From Macrostomum lignano (lineage: Eukaryota), in assembly GCA_002269645.1 (NCBI GenBank), contig NIVC01001258.1, forward strand, positions 62,001 through 126,000: a stretch of DNA of 64,000 nucleotides, read 5' to 3'. A program made the position numbers and the translations under genes. Below are positions 58,601 through 64,000 of the stretch, piece by piece; positions within the stretch are counted from its first letter, which is position 1, and each line of letters begins with the position of its first letter. Below the pieces are notes generated by a model. That model ran no database searches. It had not been told where the DNA came from and saw only the letters and a list, made by a program, of their open reading frames with translations.

Positions 58601-61600
58601 GTTGGCATGAATTGGTGGAAAGACACTGCGCCATACAATCATTAGAGTACCTGAATTCGGCACAGCAAAGCCAGTGCGTCTGAATGGCACTGTAAAAATG
58701 CATAAATTGGTATCGAAGCAAATTTTGCATAGAAGGTTGTTGCAATTCAAAAAAACTTTCATACTTTTTTCGGAATAAGACTTTTTTTACTACTAGCGGT
58801 CCTTGGTAAGCAATAGGCCCTACTTTCTGACAATATTTAGCTTGAATGAATTTATAATAGACTATGTGTATCGTAGAAAACTTTACAGACAATAGGCGAT
58901 ATGTATCGTAAATAACTTTATATACACAATGACCGATATGTATCGCAAATAACTTATAGATACAATTGCCGATATGTATCGTAAATAACTTTATAGACAC
59001 AATGGCCGATATGTATCGTAAATAATTTTATATACACAATGGCCGATATGTATCGTAAATAACATTATAGACACAATGGCCGATATGTATCGTAAATAAC
59101 TTTGCAGACAATAGCCGATATGTAGCGCAAATAACTTTGTGCCAAGTCTTACTTTTCCAGAATCCGCCAACACTTCTCCTTCGCCAGTTTTTGCGCCGGA
59201 AGCTGCCGTCCCCGTCGAGGCAGCGGCAGCGGCGGCCTCCAGCTGAGAGCGCAGTTCGCCAACAGTCGACTCCGCAGCCAAGCGGCCAGCCTCGGCTTCG
59301 GCGAATTCGGCGCGAAGTCGTTCGACTTCCTCGACTGAGGTCGACTGGCTGGCGCTTAGCTCGGCCAGGGCGGCGTCCCGCTCGGCTTCGGCCGCTTCCA
59401 GCTGGCGCCTCAGCCGGCCTTCGGCCAGCTCGCGGGCTTCCAGGCCCTGCAGCAGCTCGTCAGTCTCCAGCCGGTGGGCGGCTCGGGCCCGGCTCTCCGC
59501 CTCCTGGAACCGGTCCACCGCATCCTGGGGAACCGGAGGTTGAGGAGGGGGAGAAAATTAATTAATATAATATTTAATACTATGTTTTAATAAGCTGTGG
59601 CAGTTTTAAGCGTTTTGGTGTGGTTGTTGCAGGTTGTTGCTGCAGGAATTGAACTCGTATTCCTACCCATTTGGACTACGCCTCTCCTGTTCAACATTCA
59701 GTAAGAGCAGCATTTCCACAGCTGCATGCGGCGGGAGAAACGTAGCTTTTTACCCCACTCTGTTGCGTTGAGATGCTTCGAGACGCAAATGCTGCTCTTG
59801 TAACTTAATTAGGATGCAGCAGCATTCCAGCTGCTTTCAAGATGCAAGAGCAAGTCAGCAATTCCCCCGCTACCCACCCCGTATTGTACCAAGGCCACGC
59901 GGGAATAAACTCCCTCGCTACCCACCCCAAATTGTACGCAGGCCACGCGGAAAACCCCAACCCATATTGTACGGAGGCAACACGGGAACCCCCACCCCCT
60001 GCCACCCACCCCAAATTGTAGGCAGGCCACGCGGGAACACCAACCCCCCCCCACAACCACCCCAAATTGTACACAGGCCACGCGGGAACACCAACCACCC
60101 ACCACCCACCCCAAATTGTACGTAGGCCACGCATGAAACCCCACCCCTACCCATATTGTACGCAGACCACACGAGAACCTAAACTCCACCACCTACCCCA
60201 AATTGTACGCAGGCGACGCGGGAACACGAAACCCACACCACCCACCCCAAAAATTGTACACAGGCCACCCCAGAACTCCAACCTGAAACTTGGCCTGAAA
60301 CTCGTGCTCCTTAGCGTCCAGCCGGTCCTGAAACTCTTTGGCAGCCGCTTTCAACTTGTCCGCCTGCTCCGTCTCCAGCTGCTCAATCTGGCTGGACAGC
60401 CCCGCCTCCAATTGGCGCCGCTGATCTCGGCACTCGCACGCCAGGCTCTCCGCCTCTTGACGACTGGCGCGCAGCTGCTCAGCCAGAGTAGTCGCCTCCG
60501 CGCTGCGCGCTTTCACCTCCTCACGGAGTCGCTTCTCGCTAGCCAGCCGGCTGTCCAGACGCTCCTTCAGGGTGCGGATTTCCGACTCGCGAGTGGCCCC
60601 GGTCGAGTCCTGGGGAAGCGAAACTCGAAATATAGGATCAACAATCTGGGACGTAGCCTAGAGGGAGGAGGCAAAAACTACGGCGCCCCTTGGCTACAGC
60701 CCCTGGTGCTAAAGCCCCTTGGCTAAAGCCCGTGGTGCTAAAGCCCCTTGGCTAAAGCCCCTGGTGCTAAAGCCCCTTGTGCTAAAGCCCGTGGTGCTAA
60801 AGCCCCTTGTGCTAAAGCCCCTTGGCTAAAGCCCCTGGTGCTAAAGCCCCTTGTGCTAAAGCCCCTGGTGCTGAAGCCCCTGGTGCTAAAGCCCCTTGGC
60901 TAAAGCCCCTGGTGCTAAAGCCCCTTGTGCTAAAGCCCCTGGTGCTAAAGCCCCTGGTGCTAAAGCCCCTTGGCTAAAGCCCCTTGGCTAAAGCCCCTTG
61001 GCTAAAGCCCCTTGGCTAAAGCCCCTTGGCTAAAGCCCCTGGTGCTAAAGCCCCTGGTACTAAAGCCCCTGGTACTAAAGGCCCTGGTACTAAAGCCCCT
61101 GTTGCTAAATCCCCTGGTGCTAAAGCCCCTGAAAATCATCTGAAATATCAAACTGCGCAAAGACTTTTCTACGTCTCGAGTCCAAACCTTAAGCGCCGCC
61201 TCGCGCTCTCTCGCCTGTAGCTGCTGCTGCAGCTCAGCCAGTTGTTGCTTCAACCGCCGCTTGCCGGCGGCCGCCTCCTCGGCAGCGATGGCCCTCTCGT
61301 CGCGGTGCCGCTGCTCAGCCGCCGCCAGTTTGGCTTCGGCGTCGCGTAGGCGGCCCTCCAATGCCGAGGCGTCGGGGTCGCTGCCGCTGCTGCTGCCGGC
61401 AGCTGGGGAGGCGGCAGTTCGGCGCAGCGAGGCCAACTGCTTTTGCAGGTCGTTGAGCTCGGCCTTTGGAAATATATTGGATGTTTAAATGCGTTAGCAG
61501 GTTATTTAGCAGGGTCTCCCTACGGGTCCTCTTTTTAAAGGCCGCTGGTCTCCCTACGGGTTCTCTTTTAAAGGCCGCTGGTCTCCCTACGGGTCCTCTT

Positions 61601-63339
61601 TTAAAGGCCGCTGGTCTCCCTACGGGTTCTCTTTTAGAGGCCGCTGGTCTCCCTACGGGTCCTCTTTTAAAGGCCGCTGGTCTACCTACGGGTCCTCTTT
61701 TAAGGGCCGCTGGTCTCCCTACGGGTCTTCTTTTAAGGGCCGCTGGTCTCCTTACGGGTCCTCTTTTAAAGGCCGCTGGTCTCCTTACGGGTCCTCTTTT
61801 AAAGGCCGCTGGTCTTCTTACGGGTCCTCTTTTAAAGGCCGCTAGTCTTCTTACGGGTCCTCTTTTAAAGGCCGCTGGTCTCCCTACGGGTCCTCTTTTA
61901 AGGGCCGCTGGTCTTCCGGTGGATCCTTCAGTAGGGTTTAATAAATTAGGGCTCACAGCTTTAGAATCCAGCAGCTCTCTAAGCTGTTGGATTTCCATAC
62001 GCAGCTTCTCCGCAGACTCCTCGCGATCTCGATGATCAGACTTCGCCAAGCTGCTGTCACCGTTCGATGCTTTCTGCTTCAAGTCGGCGGCCGGGGTCTC
62101 CTCAGTCAGCTCGGCTACTTCCGATTCGGCTCGGACAATCTCGGCCAGCAAATCGTCAGGCACCGGACGGCCTTCAGATAGCAGTTTGGACTGGAGAAAG
62201 GCAAGGGATCAGAGGGATTTCTGCCGGTTTTTGTCCAAAACTAATAGCATTGGCTACAGGTAAGAGTGACAATGCAGGTGAGATAAGAGTGACAATGCAA
62301 GTGAGATAAGAGTGACAATGCAAATTATGAGTGACAATGCAAGTCAGATAAGAGTGACAATGCAAGTGAGATAAGAGTGACAATGCAAATTATATGAGTG
62401 ACAATGCAAGTCAGATAAGAGTGACAATGCAAATCAGATAAGAGTGACAATGCAAGTCAGATAAGAGTGACAATGCAAGTGAGATAAGAGTGACAATGCA
62501 AGTCAGATAAGAGTGAAAATGCAAGTGAGATAAGACTAAGAGTGACAATGCAAATCAGATAAGAGTGACAATGCAAGTCAGATAAGAGTGACAATGCAAG
62601 TGAGATAAGAGTGACAATGCAAGTCAGATAAGAGTGAAAATGCAAGTGAGATAAGACTAAGAGTGACAATGCAAGTGAGATAAGAGTGACAATGCAAGTG
62701 AGATAAGACTAAGAGTGACAATGCAAGTGAGATAAGAGTGACAATGCAAATTATATGAGTGACAATGCAAGTGAGATAAGAGTGACAATGCAAATTATAT
62801 GAGTGACAATGCAAGTTATATAAGTGACAATGCAAGAGCAGCCAGCCGGACACTCGCACCTGCAATTTCAGTGAGTCAATCAGCCGATCGCGAGCAGCCA
62901 GTTTCGGCAGCAGATGGCCGCCGCCGCCGCCGCAGACATCGCGCAGCCGATTGTCAGCTTCGAACAGGCGAGCCTTGTAACGACGGGCCAGCGACTGCGC
63001 GTGACTCAACCGCTGCAGCAGCTCCGGCCGGCTCAGAGACTCCAGCGCCGAGGCGGCTGCCGCAGTCGCTGACGCCTCGCCAGTCCCCGCAGTAACAGCA
63101 GCAGCCGCAGCAACAGATGAAGGAGTTTCACTAACAGCAGAACCAATTGAAGACTGTCGAGAGCGCGACTTTGCTGGCGCCGCTGCTGAGAGCTGATGCG
63201 GCGTAGAGGAAGCTGTGGAGAAAGCTGGCGACTCGGAGCCCAGTGATGTAGCTTCCGCTTGCTGACCAGAGCCTGGACTCGTGTACTTGCCTAGCAGAGA
63301 GTCGCTCGCCTGTTTGATGATGTATTTAGTAGCGGTCCA
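55699..63339 (-). CDS. GOLGA4: GRIP-domain trans-Golgi golgin, golgin-245/GOLGA4-like (5' end not found)
   Basis: Exons 63339-62860, 62190-61957, 61463-61188, 60609-60283, 59524-59153, 58438-58344, 58273-58198, 57016-56822, 56745-56659, plus tentative last exon 55713-55699 (MHVP*); all phases join. Coiled-coil body; LESLSRPELLQRL near the N-terminus; GRIP PEVEYLRNVLYKYMLGEKTQ|TLARVICTVLKFTDYQIQQIM. Confidence 0.88.
55880..56605. repeat. 30-bp minisatellite in the last golgin intron
   Basis: Unit cagagtgagattttgaaatcggacaccata. Confidence 0.95.
57085..58140. repeat. 17-18-bp minisatellite in two blocks (57085-57440, 57655-58140) in a golgin intron
   Basis: Unit cccc(c)atcaatcccatt. Confidence 0.95.
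58880..59135. repeat. 37-bp minisatellite in a golgin intron
   Basis: Unit atatgtatcgtaaataactttatagacacaatggccg, ~7 copies. Confidence 0.9.
59860..60270. repeat. Degenerate ~40-60-bp tandem repeat in a golgin intron
   Basis: Repeats of cccaaattgtacgcaggccacgcgggaac followed by C-rich linkers. Confidence 0.8.
60690..61130. repeat. 14-15-bp minisatellite in a golgin intron
   Basis: Units taaagcccctggtgc / taaagccccttggc. Confidence 0.95.
61510..61915. repeat. 33-bp minisatellite in a golgin intron
   Basis: Unit acgggtcctcttttaaaggccgctggtctccct, ~12 copies. Confidence 0.95.
62262..62835. repeat. 23-bp minisatellite in a golgin intron
   Basis: Unit gagtgacaatgcaagtgagataa. Confidence 0.95.
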
Positions 63340-64000
63340 CTATAATTACTGCTATGGCTATGAAATAGGTACCTATGTAAATATGCTAATCTGAAGCTTT
63401 TTAAATAGAAATTATATTTTGATAATTAGATATTTATTAATGCTTTTAGAAGTTACTAGCAAATCTTTATTGGCTATTGAAGAGGCAACAAAATTAATAT
63501 ATTTTTTTAATATCAATAGATAACTATAAACATAGCTTTTAACCTTATGTAGGTCATAATTGTTATTTTTTTAAAAAATATTTTAAACAAAGATCATTAG
63601 CCTTGAACTGAATAACCTGGTATTTATTATAAGATATAAGTATCCCTTTTGATATAGTGATATCAAAGCCTCCTTTTAAGCTATAGCCTTAACTTTAAAA
63701 CTCTTCTTTTAATGCTTGGCTTAACAAAAATCCCTAGGTTTTTTAGGGGCATAAAAAGGCATTGGGGAATAAAAAATCAAGTTTAGAGGGGTGCAAATTT
63801 AGGTTTTTGGGGTGTGCAATATGTTTAGTCAAGCTATTTTTGGGGGGCCACCCCCTCCCTATCTCCCCCCCTAAATCCGCCCCTGCATCTGGGATATATG
63901 CTAATATATGCTGAAAAATGATAAGTACTAGTGTTCCCCCATAGCCCTAGCTATGGCTATGGGATCCTATAGCAAATACAGTAAAATAGGTGTCTACGGC

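Noticed and set aside
59655-59800. tRNA B-box-like ggaattgaactc and a 13-bp inverted repeat (aagagcagcattt)
   Set aside because: No cloverleaf or A-box found; too short to call a tRNA or SINE.
63840-63890. hAT-like end sequence (ctaaatccgcccctg)
   Set aside because: No matching opposite end or TSD identified in the window.

Overview
Animal (metazoan) genomic DNA with GC-rich exons in AT-rich, repeat-laden non-coding sequence. The overall style suggests a free-living flatworm such as Macrostomum, but that is an inference. Gene models reconstructed by hand from GT-AG introns with consistent phases: an unidentified gene running off the left edge (-), UCHL3-like deubiquitinase (-), ARF6 (+), a two-domain Ly6/uPAR protein (-), a tetraspanin (-), RPS13 (-, intronless CDS), KDEL receptor (+, intronless CDS), EHBP1 (+) and a GRIP-domain golgin of the GOLGA4 type (-, 5' end not found). 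Almost all long ORFs in the supplied track are artefacts of tandem repeats. The most striking structure is that nearly every long intron is filled by its own minisatellite (units 4-42 bp), while short introns (70-100 bp) have none. Other notable items: a ~280-bp TIR/TSD-bounded element carrying a 64-nt 28S rRNA-like segment just upstream of KDELR, 20 copies of the palindrome TAGGCCTA clustered in AT-rich DNA, several MITEs, a deleted Tc1/IS630-type element, a possible Crypton remnant and a decayed LINE.
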